Source: Euryarchaeota archaeon UBA549
Lineage (GTDB): Archaea; Thermoplasmatota; Poseidoniia; Poseidoniales; Poseidoniaceae
Assembly: GCA_002495645.1 (NCBI GenBank)
Contig: DAGF01000067.1
Location: 1 to 52,136 of the forward strand
DNA length: 52,136 nucleotides
Reading direction: 5' to 3'
Translations under genes and position numbers: made by a program
Shown: positions 42,619 to 50,808 of the stretch, in pieces
How the letters are laid out: every line of letters begins with the position of its first letter
How positions within the stretch are numbered: position 1 is the first letter of the stretch
Notes under the pieces: model-generated
The model's input: only the letters and a program-made list of their open reading frames with translations
Database searches by the model: none
Told to the model about the DNA's origin: nothing

Positions 42619-43932
42619 ATGTGGAGTCGCAAGTCAGCCATGCTTGGCAGCCTAGCTGTTGCCATGTACTTGCTTGGCTTGACGCTCCGAAACACCCAAC
42701 TCGTCACGATTGCCGTGGTTATCTTCGTGTTCCTCACATGGGCTGCACTCATTGGGAACCATGCGGATGTTGCATCGAGCGGTCGTCGTGCTGAGGAATG
42801 GAGTGGTGAGGAGGGCGTTGCCTTGGGCAACGTTGTCGCCATGCGAAAGCTGTCCAGTGCACGCATGTTTGAGGATGGAGAATTGAATGTCACCCTGCGA
42901 ATGCAGAACACATCATCGCTGCCCAAGATTTTGGAAGTGCGTGACCGTGTTCCTGAAGTCATGCGAATCAAGGAAGGTGCCAACTACATCTTGATGGAAC
43001 TCGGCCCTCGCCGAGAGACCTTCATCGAGTACACCGTTGAATGCCCACTGCGAGGCTTCTACAGCCTCGGGCCGGTTACCGTCCGTATTCAGGATGCTTT
43101 TGGCTTGTTCCACAAGGAAAAGGAATTGCACGTTTACAACGACTTCCTCGTGTTCCCCAAGATGGAGGACCTCAAGGAGACCTTTGTGAAGTCCCGTGTT
43201 CCGAAGATCTTCACCGGTGCCGTCAACATTCGACAACCCGGTCCCGGTTCGGAATTCTACTCTCTTCGTGAGTACTTTGAGGGTGATTCCTTCCGTGCCA
43301 TCAACTGGTCTGCCTACGCACGCTCGGGCAAACTCATGGTCAACGAGCGCGAGCGGGACGCTGTTTCCGACGTCATCATCATCGTGGACTCCCGCGCTGT
43401 TGCTGAAACAGGCCCGGTTTCTCGCAACGCTTTGGTGTATTCCACCCGAGCAGCAGCGTCGCTGGCCAAGTACTTCCTTGGCCGCCGTGACTCCGTTGGT
43501 GTTATCGTCTACGGTGATGAAGTGGTCAGCGTTGACCGAGACACCGGAAAGAAGCAACTCTACGTCATCTTGACCAAGTTGGCCGGTGCCGTCGCCCGTG
43601 GAAACATTCCGTTGCAGGTTGTGGTGAACCGTATTCTGCCCCACATCAACAAGGGCAGCCCCATCATCTTCCTCTCAAACTTGGAAGATGACCCGACCAT
43701 CGTCAATGCACTGCGAGACTTCCGTGCACGAGATTTCGATGTCACCGTGCTTTCACCATCCTCACTTGAGTTCGAATTTGATGCCAAGCGCATTGACCGA
43801 ACCGGATACGAGGTCATGAAGACCGAGCGAGACGTCCTCATCGGCGAACTCCGTGGTCTTGGCGTGAACATCATGGATTGGGAGCCAGACATGCTCCTTT
43901 CCACCGCTCTTGCAGGAGCACGAGGTTTCTGA
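42619..43932 (+). CDS. DUF58-family protein (vWA-like), N-terminally membrane-anchored
   Basis: It has two N-terminal TM segments. The hallmark is GPGSEFYSLREYFEGDSFRAINWSAYARSGKLMVNERERD, followed by a vWA-like IIIVDS segment. GAGGTG lies upstream. Confidence 0.85.
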   Translation: MWSRKSAMLGSLAVAMYLLGLTLRNTQLVTIAVVIFVFLTWAALIGNHADVASSGRRAEEWSGEEGVALGNVVAMRKLSSARMFEDGELNVTLRMQNTSSLPKILEVRDRVPEVMRIKEGANYILMELGPRRETFIEYTVECPLRGFYSLGPVTVRIQDAFGLFHKEKELHVYNDFLVFPKMEDLKETFVKSRVPKIFTGAVNIRQPGPGSEFYSLREYFEGDSFRAINWSAYARSGKLMVNERERDAVSDVIIIVDSRAVAETGPVSRNALVYSTRAAASLAKYFLGRRDSVGVIVYGDEVVSVDRDTGKKQLYVILTKLAGAVARGNIPLQVVVNRILPHINKGSPIIFLSNLEDDPTIVNALRDFRARDFDVTVLSPSSLEFEFDAKRIDRTGYEVMKTERDVLIGELRGLGVNIMDWEPDMLLSTALAGARGF

Positions 43933-43941
43933 GGTGAAGTT

Positions 43942-44865
43942 ATGGCCATCAATCGACCTTCAGCCGACACCTCGCATCTGTACGATGGAAAAACGGTTCG
44001 TTCTTCAGCACCGTCTCGCAAGAAGGCCGCTGGCCAAGTTGGCGCCGGGAGTGACATCCCTAAGGACGCCATTCCCACCGTTGAGATTCCATCCTTTATC
44101 GAGAGTTTGCTCGGCGGTCCCCTTGTTCCAAAGATGAAATTCCTTCCACCCGATAAGATGGTGCAGAACCTCCAAATCGGTGTGTACGGTGTTTTGGTTG
44201 CTCTGGCGTTCTTGACCTACATCATCTCGCCTCCACAAGGGACGATTTGGTACATTCTCACGGGCAGCCTCGGCCTGGCCAACATCATGCAGTTGACCAT
44301 CATCGCAGCCGCCACCGTCCTCGGATTCATGGGGACCTTCAAGCGTGATGCACGCTTGTCACTGGGCAGTAACCTGTTGTTTATCTTGGCCATTTTGCGA
44401 TTTGCCTCTTCCACGACTTCCCTTTCCAACAACCTGCTTAATTTGCAAAACAACCCGACCATGCTTTCGGTTTTGGTGGTTGTTTACGCCGTGTTGCTCA
44501 TCATGTACTTTGAACTCAGCAACGGTGTCATTCGATACTCGATGCTTGACACGAGTATTCGAACCAACGAAGTCTACGTGATGAACCCCAAGAAGATCGT
44601 TTCCAAGTATCACCGCTCACTGGTCATCAACCCAGTTCTTGCCACCTTGTTGGCTTGGTTTGTGTTGTCGGCGAACACGATTCTCCCGTGGATTGTTGGC
44701 ATCTTCTCAGGTGATACGGCGAACCGTATGCGTGAATCCGTGGAGCTGACCTCAGTTTACGGCGTTGCTCTCGGTACGATGTTTGTGTTCATCACCGTCG
44801 GCATCTTGTTCGGACTCAATCTCCCAACCCACCTTCAGCGATTCCGAGAAAAGCAAGCAGAGTGA
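43942..44865 (+). CDS. polytopic membrane protein (about 6 TM), last gene of the MoxR module; function unknown
   Basis: It starts 9 nt after the DUF58 stop with GAGGTG upstream. A ~75-aa cytoplasmic N-terminus is followed by hydrophobic segments. I recognise no motif. Confidence 0.6.
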   Translation: MAINRPSADTSHLYDGKTVRSSAPSRKKAAGQVGAGSDIPKDAIPTVEIPSFIESLLGGPLVPKMKFLPPDKMVQNLQIGVYGVLVALAFLTYIISPPQGTIWYILTGSLGLANIMQLTIIAAATVLGFMGTFKRDARLSLGSNLLFILAILRFASSTTSLSNNLLNLQNNPTMLSVLVVVYAVLLIMYFELSNGVIRYSMLDTSIRTNEVYVMNPKKIVSKYHRSLVINPVLATLLAWFVLSANTILPWIVGIFSGDTANRMRESVELTSVYGVALGTMFVFITVGILFGLNLPTHLQRFREKQAE

Positions 44866-44866
44866 T

Positions 44867-46180
44867 TTACTCGCCGCTTTTTGACACGAGCGCCATCATC
44901 TCGTCAAGCATCCGAGAGATATCGGCACGCTTTGACAGCATGTGAATGGACGTGACCGACTGGTAGAGTTGGCTTTCGTTGACATCGTGGTATTGAGTAA
45001 GTTTTTCCTGCAGGTAATCGATGTCCCTGCATCCGATGAAAGAGAGCATGGCGGCATAGTATTCGTAATCCACCACCGTGCACCGCTGCTTGATGATGTG
45101 GACTCCTTTGGAAACCTCATGCTGAGGGAACACAAATCGCCATTGAGCATTGGTGGTTTCAAAGGAACAAATGCGAACGTTCGCCTCGTTCAGTTCCTGG
45201 AGCAGGTCGCTCAGTTCCAACGCAGCATCTTGTACATAGCGGACCTCTGCGTTCACGCAGGCGACACGGGGGATGCAAGCGATGCCCTTGATGTTGGGTT
45301 CGGTCTCAATGTCAGGGCCAATGACGGTCTTCAGCCCGTTTTCTTTGTAGCGAGACAGGTGGCGGATTTCGATGGGAATACCCATTTCGTAAACGGGTTC
45401 CACCGTTGCAGGGTGAAGAATGGTCGCGTCGGCGTTTGAGAATTCAATGGCTTCACCGTAGCCGAGGTAGGGGATTGGAGCGGATTGTATGCCCCAGCGT
45501 GGGTTCACTGGATAGATGCCAAGCACGTCCTTCCACAACACGACGCGTTGGGCTTGCAAGAGCGCAGCCAGAGCGGTAGCCGTGTGGTCGCTTCCACCCC
45601 GCCCAAGCAGGGCGATGTTCCCATCTGTTCCTTCTCCAAACCAGCCGGTAACGACAGGCACGCCGTGAAACGCGTCTCGGTCGAGTTTCCTTTGAGAACC
45701 TGCGAGGTCAACTTGGGTGGCTGATCCCTCGCCGTTGAGTTGCAAGCCGATGTCTTCAGAGCCAAGCGGGTGGGCGTCGATGCCACGAATCGACAAAGCA
45801 TGAGCGATGACGAGGGCGGATAACCGCTCACCGGACGCCAGAAGCTGATTGTACGCTTGACGATCGTCTCTATCGGTGGCCAAAGCGCTCAGGGACTCCT
45901 CAATTCCGTCCAGCACCCGCTGAAAAATTTCGTAGAGCGGTGATTCGATGAGGGCCGGTGAAAAACGCAAATGATGACTGGCAAGGTCGTTGACCAAGCG
46001 TCCAGCATAACGTGGTTCTTGTGCGGCACGCATCAAACGATCGGTGGTGCCCCAAAGGGCGGAGACGACGAGAACGACCGGATGGTCCGCTTTGGTGATG
46101 ATCTCTGCAATGTTTTCCAAGTCCGATGCATCCCGCAGGCAGGAGCCTCCAAATTTGTGGACCACAGGGAGTTCATTCAT
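44867..46180 (-). CDS. aspartate kinase
   Basis: The amino-acid-kinase N-terminus is VVHKFGGSCLRD...VVLVVSALWGTTDRL, with GRGGSDHTA. The C-terminal region is ACT-like. ATG 46180 overlaps the aroC stop by 8 nt. Confidence 0.85.
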   Translation of the reverse strand: MNELPVVHKFGGSCLRDASDLENIAEIITKADHPVVLVVSALWGTTDRLMRAAQEPRYAGRLVNDLASHHLRFSPALIESPLYEIFQRVLDGIEESLSALATDRDDRQAYNQLLASGERLSALVIAHALSIRGIDAHPLGSEDIGLQLNGEGSATQVDLAGSQRKLDRDAFHGVPVVTGWFGEGTDGNIALLGRGGSDHTATALAALLQAQRVVLWKDVLGIYPVNPRWGIQSAPIPYLGYGEAIEFSNADATILHPATVEPVYEMGIPIEIRHLSRYKENGLKTVIGPDIETEPNIKGIACIPRVACVNAEVRYVQDAALELSDLLQELNEANVRICSFETTNAQWRFVFPQHEVSKGVHIIKQRCTVVDYEYYAAMLSFIGCRDIDYLQEKLTQYHDVNESQLYQSVTSIHMLSKRADISRMLDEMMALVSKSGE

Positions 46181-47255
46181 CGTCAAAACCTCCACGAATC
46201 ATCAGGTCAGCAACCACCAAGATGGCCATGGCCTCCACCACAGCGACCGCCCGAGGGCCGAGGACAGGGTCGTGCCGGCCTTTGACGACCAACGGTTCTT
46301 GCTGGTTGGTTTTCATGTTCAACGTGTGTTGGACACGAGGAATACTGGAGGGGGGCTTGAACGCGACACGCAGGTGGACGGGTGCACCGGTGGACAAGCC
46401 TGCAAGAGCCCCGTCTGGGCGCTCGCCCAACAGCACCGGGTCATCAGAGGAGCCACCCCACGGGTTGTTGTGCTCACTTCCACGCATGGTTTGGACACCA
46501 AAGCCATGACCGATTTCCACTCCTCTTGCAGCAGGTATGGCCATCATGGCACGTGCGAGCGCCGGTTCAAGTCCGTCAAACCAAGGCTCACCAAGGCCGA
46601 GGGGCAAGCCGAGAACCTGAAGGTCAACCCTTGAGCCGATGGAATCCCGGTCTTTGCGGGTGGTTTCGACCAAATCAGCCATTTTCGCTGCGGCTACTGG
46701 GTCTCGGCACCGGAGTGCTTTGCACGTTTCGTCAGCCCATCGTTCAGGGCAGGAATCCAGCGGTGCTGATTCGATGTTTCCTATGGCACCGAGATGCGCT
46801 TCAACATCAACACTGTGCGAGGAAAGCCACGGGCGCAGAAGGGCGGCGACCGCGACCAAGGGGGCGGTCATGCGAGCACTTGAGGTTCCTCCACCGCGAA
46901 GGTCGGCTTCCCCCTTGGTTCGCTTCATCATCACCATGTCTTGGTGGCCGGGTCGGGGATGGTTGGGCAGAAAACTGTAGTCCGAGGAACGAGCATCCTT
47001 GTTGGCGATGTGAACTTCAATGGCCTCACCGGTCGTCTTGCCGTTGGCAACGCCCGTTCTCCATTCAACTTGGTCGTCCTCCTTCCGCTTACTGCTGTAG
47101 GCTCCACCCGTTTTGCGCAGGGCCATCGCGGCTTGGATTTGCGCCTCGTCAACGGTCAGTCCAGCAGGCATCCCTTCAACCAGCGCGCCGACAAAGGGGC
47201 CGTGGCTTGAGCCACGGAGTGTTACCCGCAAAGCCTCACCAAGACGCATCTGCAT
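46173..47255 (-). CDS. aroC: chorismate synthase
   Basis: Motifs are RVTLRGSSHG, HPRPGHQD, GGGTSSARMTAPLV and GRHDPVLGPRAVAVVEAM. Confidence 0.9.
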   Translation of the reverse strand: MQMRLGEALRVTLRGSSHGPFVGALVEGMPAGLTVDEAQIQAAMALRKTGGAYSSKRKEDDQVEWRTGVANGKTTGEAIEVHIANKDARSSDYSFLPNHPRPGHQDMVMMKRTKGEADLRGGGTSSARMTAPLVAVAALLRPWLSSHSVDVEAHLGAIGNIESAPLDSCPERWADETCKALRCRDPVAAAKMADLVETTRKDRDSIGSRVDLQVLGLPLGLGEPWFDGLEPALARAMMAIPAARGVEIGHGFGVQTMRGSEHNNPWGGSSDDPVLLGERPDGALAGLSTGAPVHLRVAFKPPSSIPRVQHTLNMKTNQQEPLVVKGRHDPVLGPRAVAVVEAMAILVVADLMIRGGFDDE

Positions 47256-47297
47256 GATTCTACGGAGGAACGAACGGCTGGCCCTTTTAGAAGGTGT

Positions 47298-48191
47298 TCA
47301 CTCGAGTTCGTCTTCAATTTCACCAGAGAGGAAGGACGTTTCAATGATCTCAGATTCAGGATACCTGGTGCTGTACCACGATTTTATCCGTTCCACCGTG
47401 GGTTTTTGTTGCGCAGGCACCACAATGACGAGTGCTGGACCTGAACCTGAAATGCCGGCTGAACGAGCGCTGTTCATGAACGAATCATTGGCCATCTTTC
47501 TTCCCTCAGCGTCACGTAGAGCAGCGACGGTGCCACGTCCATTCCACGTCAGCGCCACGAGAGGTTTTGCATCTTGCAGCGCCATCAGGGCTTGTTGAAA
47601 GGCCGTTACTTGAGAGGCGAAATCCTCCAGGGTTGGTTGGTGTATTCGTGGGCCACGCAGGACCAACAAGACCGTCCAATCGTCGCCAGAGAGCCCCGGC
47701 TCGTCCATCAACACGCCTTCGGCAACCGGCGCTTGGACATCAATGAGTTTCCATCCTGGTGTCATGCAAGCCCACGCATCATCGATGGAGCCAGTGAGTG
47801 ACACACCCGAGGATGTCTGCGCTTGAGCTGCTAGGGCCACCATTTCGTGGGGTTCGAGTTGGGTATCGGTCGCTTGGCAGAGGGCTCGCAGCGCAGCGAT
47901 GCAGGTCGCTGCTGATGATTTCAGCCCCTGCTTCTTAGGGATTTTCGAGTTGACGCCCCAATGCAAGTCGTCCCGCTCAAAACCGTCCGGGAGGGGATGA
48001 TTGGCATCCATCCACGCCGAGAGGAGCGCATCAAGAACGCCGTCCTCATCCTTGACGTCGCGTTTGCTGGGGCGGTCAAGAAGGCGAACCGTGATGGGAA
48101 GGTCAAGGGCCATGTTGGCACCGTAGCCAAGGGCTGCGGCGTGGAGAAGGCTGCATGCACCGTGTGCGCTACCCTTTCCGAGAACAGCCAT
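47298..48191 (-). CDS. aroK: archaeal shikimate kinase (GHMP-kinase family)
   Basis: It aligns with Methanocaldococcus GHMP-type shikimate kinase: KKQGLKSSAATCIAAL, LTGSIDDAWACMTPG, AGISGSGPAL. Confidence 0.85.
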   Translation of the reverse strand: MAVLGKGSAHGACSLLHAAALGYGANMALDLPITVRLLDRPSKRDVKDEDGVLDALLSAWMDANHPLPDGFERDDLHWGVNSKIPKKQGLKSSAATCIAALRALCQATDTQLEPHEMVALAAQAQTSSGVSLTGSIDDAWACMTPGWKLIDVQAPVAEGVLMDEPGLSGDDWTVLLVLRGPRIHQPTLEDFASQVTAFQQALMALQDAKPLVALTWNGRGTVAALRDAEGRKMANDSFMNSARSAGISGSGPALVIVVPAQQKPTVERIKSWYSTRYPESEIIETSFLSGEIEDELE

Positions 48192-48195
48192 AAGC

Positions 48196-49227
48196 TCACC
48201 TTTCTTCGATCTCCCCCTTTACCGGTGAACCGACATGCCGTGCAGCATGACCAACCCACCCCAGAACGATGTCTTCGGGGGCAAGTTCAGTCACGGATAC
48301 GGCTTTTGGCTCATCGGAAAGCAGGCGAACGGTTTCTGCTTGTTGCATGAACACATGAGAATTATTAGCGTTATGGATTGCACGGCTGGTCTCTTTTCCC
48401 GATAGTTTGAGCATGGGACGTTGTTCTATCTTTATCCGACCGAGCACAACAGGGCGAGTGTTTCCTTGGTTGTCAACGGCCAGAAGTTCATCCCCCGCTT
48501 TCAATTCTGACATGTATTTCGTTGACCCATCGGCCATCATCACGTAGGAATGCGGCGCTCCAGCGTTCACCCTGAACGGCCGTGTAGGAACAAAAGTGGA
48601 GGGAATGGTCTCGCTGTGAATGAGGTACAAGACTTGGGCGCTCGACCCAACCAATAACCCCTCCAATTCATGGAATTGCGAGAGGAAATCAAGGCAAAAC
48701 CGGTCGCCAAGACCTGCCTCTTCAACCGATTCGAGCACGATTGACACCAGTGAAACGTGGTCGGTCTTGGTTGCTTGAATGTCTTGGGTTTTCGGGGCTT
48801 TTTCAAGACGTTGGGCTTTGACGCTGAGCGCTGCTTCCAGTATGGCTGGTTGAGATGAAACGACAAGGGCGTCAACGCCTTCCTCAAGTGCAAAACCTGC
48901 GCCTTGTGCTTGAATGGGCGATGAAATCACGGCGGCGATTTTTGTGTGGCTACCGCTTCGGTGGGCGACGAGGTTTTCCAGAGGGATCATCGACCATGTT
49001 TCGCAGTTGACCACAATCCAGTCTACCGTGCCGATATGGGCCATGCCGACTTGCTGTGTTTCCCCGTCCTTGATGTGGACGTAAGCACCGATGACGCGGT
49101 CGCCTTGGAACAACCGGTCGCCTTCCACACGAAGGTGGTCCGGGTGGATGTCGTCTGCCATGATGCGGTCAACACCTTCGGGCATTGGGATGGACGGCGA
49201 ACCTTCCACCTGCATCCAGACTTCCAT
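48196..49227 (-). CDS. aroB': 3-dehydroquinate synthase II (archaeal type)
   Basis: There is a strong full-length match to archaeal DHQ synthase II: WSMIPLENLVA, GLGDRFCLD, LIHSETIPSTFVPTRPFRVNAGAPHSY, TKYMSELKAGDELLAVD, GRIKIEQRPML, AETVRL. Confidence 0.92.
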   Translation of the reverse strand: MEVWMQVEGSPSIPMPEGVDRIMADDIHPDHLRVEGDRLFQGDRVIGAYVHIKDGETQQVGMAHIGTVDWIVVNCETWSMIPLENLVAHRSGSHTKIAAVISSPIQAQGAGFALEEGVDALVVSSQPAILEAALSVKAQRLEKAPKTQDIQATKTDHVSLVSIVLESVEEAGLGDRFCLDFLSQFHELEGLLVGSSAQVLYLIHSETIPSTFVPTRPFRVNAGAPHSYVMMADGSTKYMSELKAGDELLAVDNQGNTRPVVLGRIKIEQRPMLKLSGKETSRAIHNANNSHVFMQQAETVRLLSDEPKAVSVTELAPEDIVLGWVGHAARHVGSPVKGEIEER

Positions 49228-49236
49228 GTCATCAAC

Positions 49237-50034
49237 TCACAGGTTGCAGGCTTCCATGGCCGAGGAGGCCGAGGCCCCGTTGTGAACCATCATGACCAAA
49301 GCCTTGGCCATCGCTCCAGGATTGGGGTGTGCGAACACTTGGCGCCCCATGCAAACGCCACTTGCGCCTGCGTTAAGTGCAGATTCCACCATGGTCAGTA
49401 CGCTTCGTGTATCATCGTTGGATGGGCCACCGGCCATCAGCAGAGGAATTGGGGCACTTTTGGCGACCTCGGTGAATGAAGATTCGTCACCGGTCCAAAC
49501 GCACTTTGCTGCATCGCAGCCCAGTTCAAAAGCCAATCGAACCGCATGCGCCTGTGATTTGGTCTTGTCACCTTCCTGGTGGTTGAGGTTGGGTCCGCGT
49601 GCATAGACCATGCCAAAGGCAGGGAGGTCAGCGTGGAGAGCCTGGCGGTTCAATTCGCCCATGCGCTGAATCATCTCCGGTTCGCGTTCGCTTCCCATGT
49701 TGACTTGGCTGGAAACACCGATGCCGCCCCTGGGCAGCGTTTCATCAGCATGGCCGACGAGCACCTTGTTGTTGGACTCGGGGCCTGCGTGGCGGGTGGA
49801 GACGGAGTAATGCACGACCATCCCTGTGGAAGTGCCCTCACACAGATGAGCGTACGTGCTCACCACGCCCTTTTGGGCGACGATGGCGTTCACACCAGCA
49901 TCGATAAGGGATTGGATCAAGTTTTCCAAATCTTCGAGTCCGGGATTGGGATAATCCGATGCCCCGTGGTCGATGGGGATCCACACACCTCGTCCGTTCG
50001 GCAGCAGCGTTGCCAGACGCTGGGCTTTGTCCAT
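49237..50034 (-). CDS. aroA': 2-amino-3,7-dideoxy-D-threo-hept-6-ulosonate (ADH) synthase, class I aldolase family
   Basis: It aligns with archaeal AroA': IPIDHGASDYP, GVNAIVAQKGVV, the Schiff-base region CDAAKCVWTG, LLMAGGPS and GVCMGRQVF. Confidence 0.88.
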   Translation of the reverse strand: MDKAQRLATLLPNGRGVWIPIDHGASDYPNPGLEDLENLIQSLIDAGVNAIVAQKGVVSTYAHLCEGTSTGMVVHYSVSTRHAGPESNNKVLVGHADETLPRGGIGVSSQVNMGSEREPEMIQRMGELNRQALHADLPAFGMVYARGPNLNHQEGDKTKSQAHAVRLAFELGCDAAKCVWTGDESSFTEVAKSAPIPLLMAGGPSNDDTRSVLTMVESALNAGASGVCMGRQVFAHPNPGAMAKALVMMVHNGASASSAMEACNL

Positions 50035-50086
50035 GCTCTTCCGAGGTTGCCGCCTTCATCAAAGGTTTGTATGCAGAATGAGGCCT

Positions 50087-50719
50087 CTAGAGTTGGTCGC
50101 CAGCCCACTTCAACACCTCGGCTTCTGCAGTTTGAAGGTGTTCTTGATACGTTGAGCGTGCAATACCCAATATGTCTGCAAGTGCTTGGATGGTGATGGA
50201 TTTCGGTTCGTTGTAGTAGCCGTGCTGGGTGGCCAGACTGTAGCATTCATGCTGCCGTTGGGTCAACACATCAATCAGTGAGTTGCCCTCTTCACGGATG
50301 TCCCTGACCCGAATGTCCGCAGGGGGAAGGAAGACCTTGCTCAATTTGACAAAGGAGGAAATGGCTTGGGGTATGCCCCGGAAGGTCAGGGTCAATGTTC
50401 CGTTTTCAAATTCGGTTGGGAGCATGATGTAGATGTTTTCTGTAGTGGAAGCCAAACACACCAAGGCATGGGTGTTCCAGATGACGAGCGCACCCCCCTC
50501 CCGTTCGTTGACCTCCTGTTCAACGGTGATGTACGGAATCGCTTCAAGGTCCTTCACCGATTTCCCCTCTCTGAAGACGGGGAGGATAATCTGTCGAACC
50601 CCTTCGGGTGTGATGAGAAGGTTGCCAATAAACGAAAGGCGTTGAACAACATCACCAAGAAGTGCGAGGTCGGTGTTTGCGAGGGCCTCTCTGTCCCACG
50701 ATACGGAGACCTCTCTCAT
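50087..50719 (-). CDS. Bat-type (HTH_10) transcription regulator with N-terminal domain of unknown function
   Basis: The C-terminal LTQRQHECYSLATQHGYYNEPKSITIQALADILGIARSTYQEHLQTAEAEVL is the archaeal HTH_10/bacterio-opsin-activator-type helix-turn-helix. It lies 52 nt upstream of aroA' on the same strand. Confidence 0.75.
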   Translation of the reverse strand: MREVSVSWDREALANTDLALLGDVVQRLSFIGNLLITPEGVRQIILPVFREGKSVKDLEAIPYITVEQEVNEREGGALVIWNTHALVCLASTTENIYIMLPTEFENGTLTLTFRGIPQAISSFVKLSKVFLPPADIRVRDIREEGNSLIDVLTQRQHECYSLATQHGYYNEPKSITIQALADILGIARSTYQEHLQTAEAEVLKWAGDQL

Positions 50720-50767
50720 GAGTCATGGCGGTTTCTCCACCTTGTTAGAACTTTGGTGATTATGAAC

Positions 50768-50781
50768 GGGCAAGAATGCCC
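50768..50781. promoter_or_regulatory. short palindrome GGGCA-N4-TGCCC in the divergent promoter region between the Bat-like regulator and the coiled-coil gene
   Basis: It is read directly in the 89-bp intergenic region at 50720-50808. It is too short to be significant on its own. Confidence 0.25.
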
Positions 50782-50808
50782 ATCGCATGTTTCAAGAGGT
50801 AGTTGGTC

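Noticed and set aside
40225-43644. Several minus-strand ORFs of 200-270 aa (40225-40839, 40858-41589, 41709-42515, 42913-43644) across the MoxR module. One reads the PA repeat as a Gly/Ala repeat.
   Set aside because: They all overlap plus-strand genes with strong family motifs (MoxR Walker boxes, the DUF58 hallmark) and good SD sequences. The antisense products are low-complexity.
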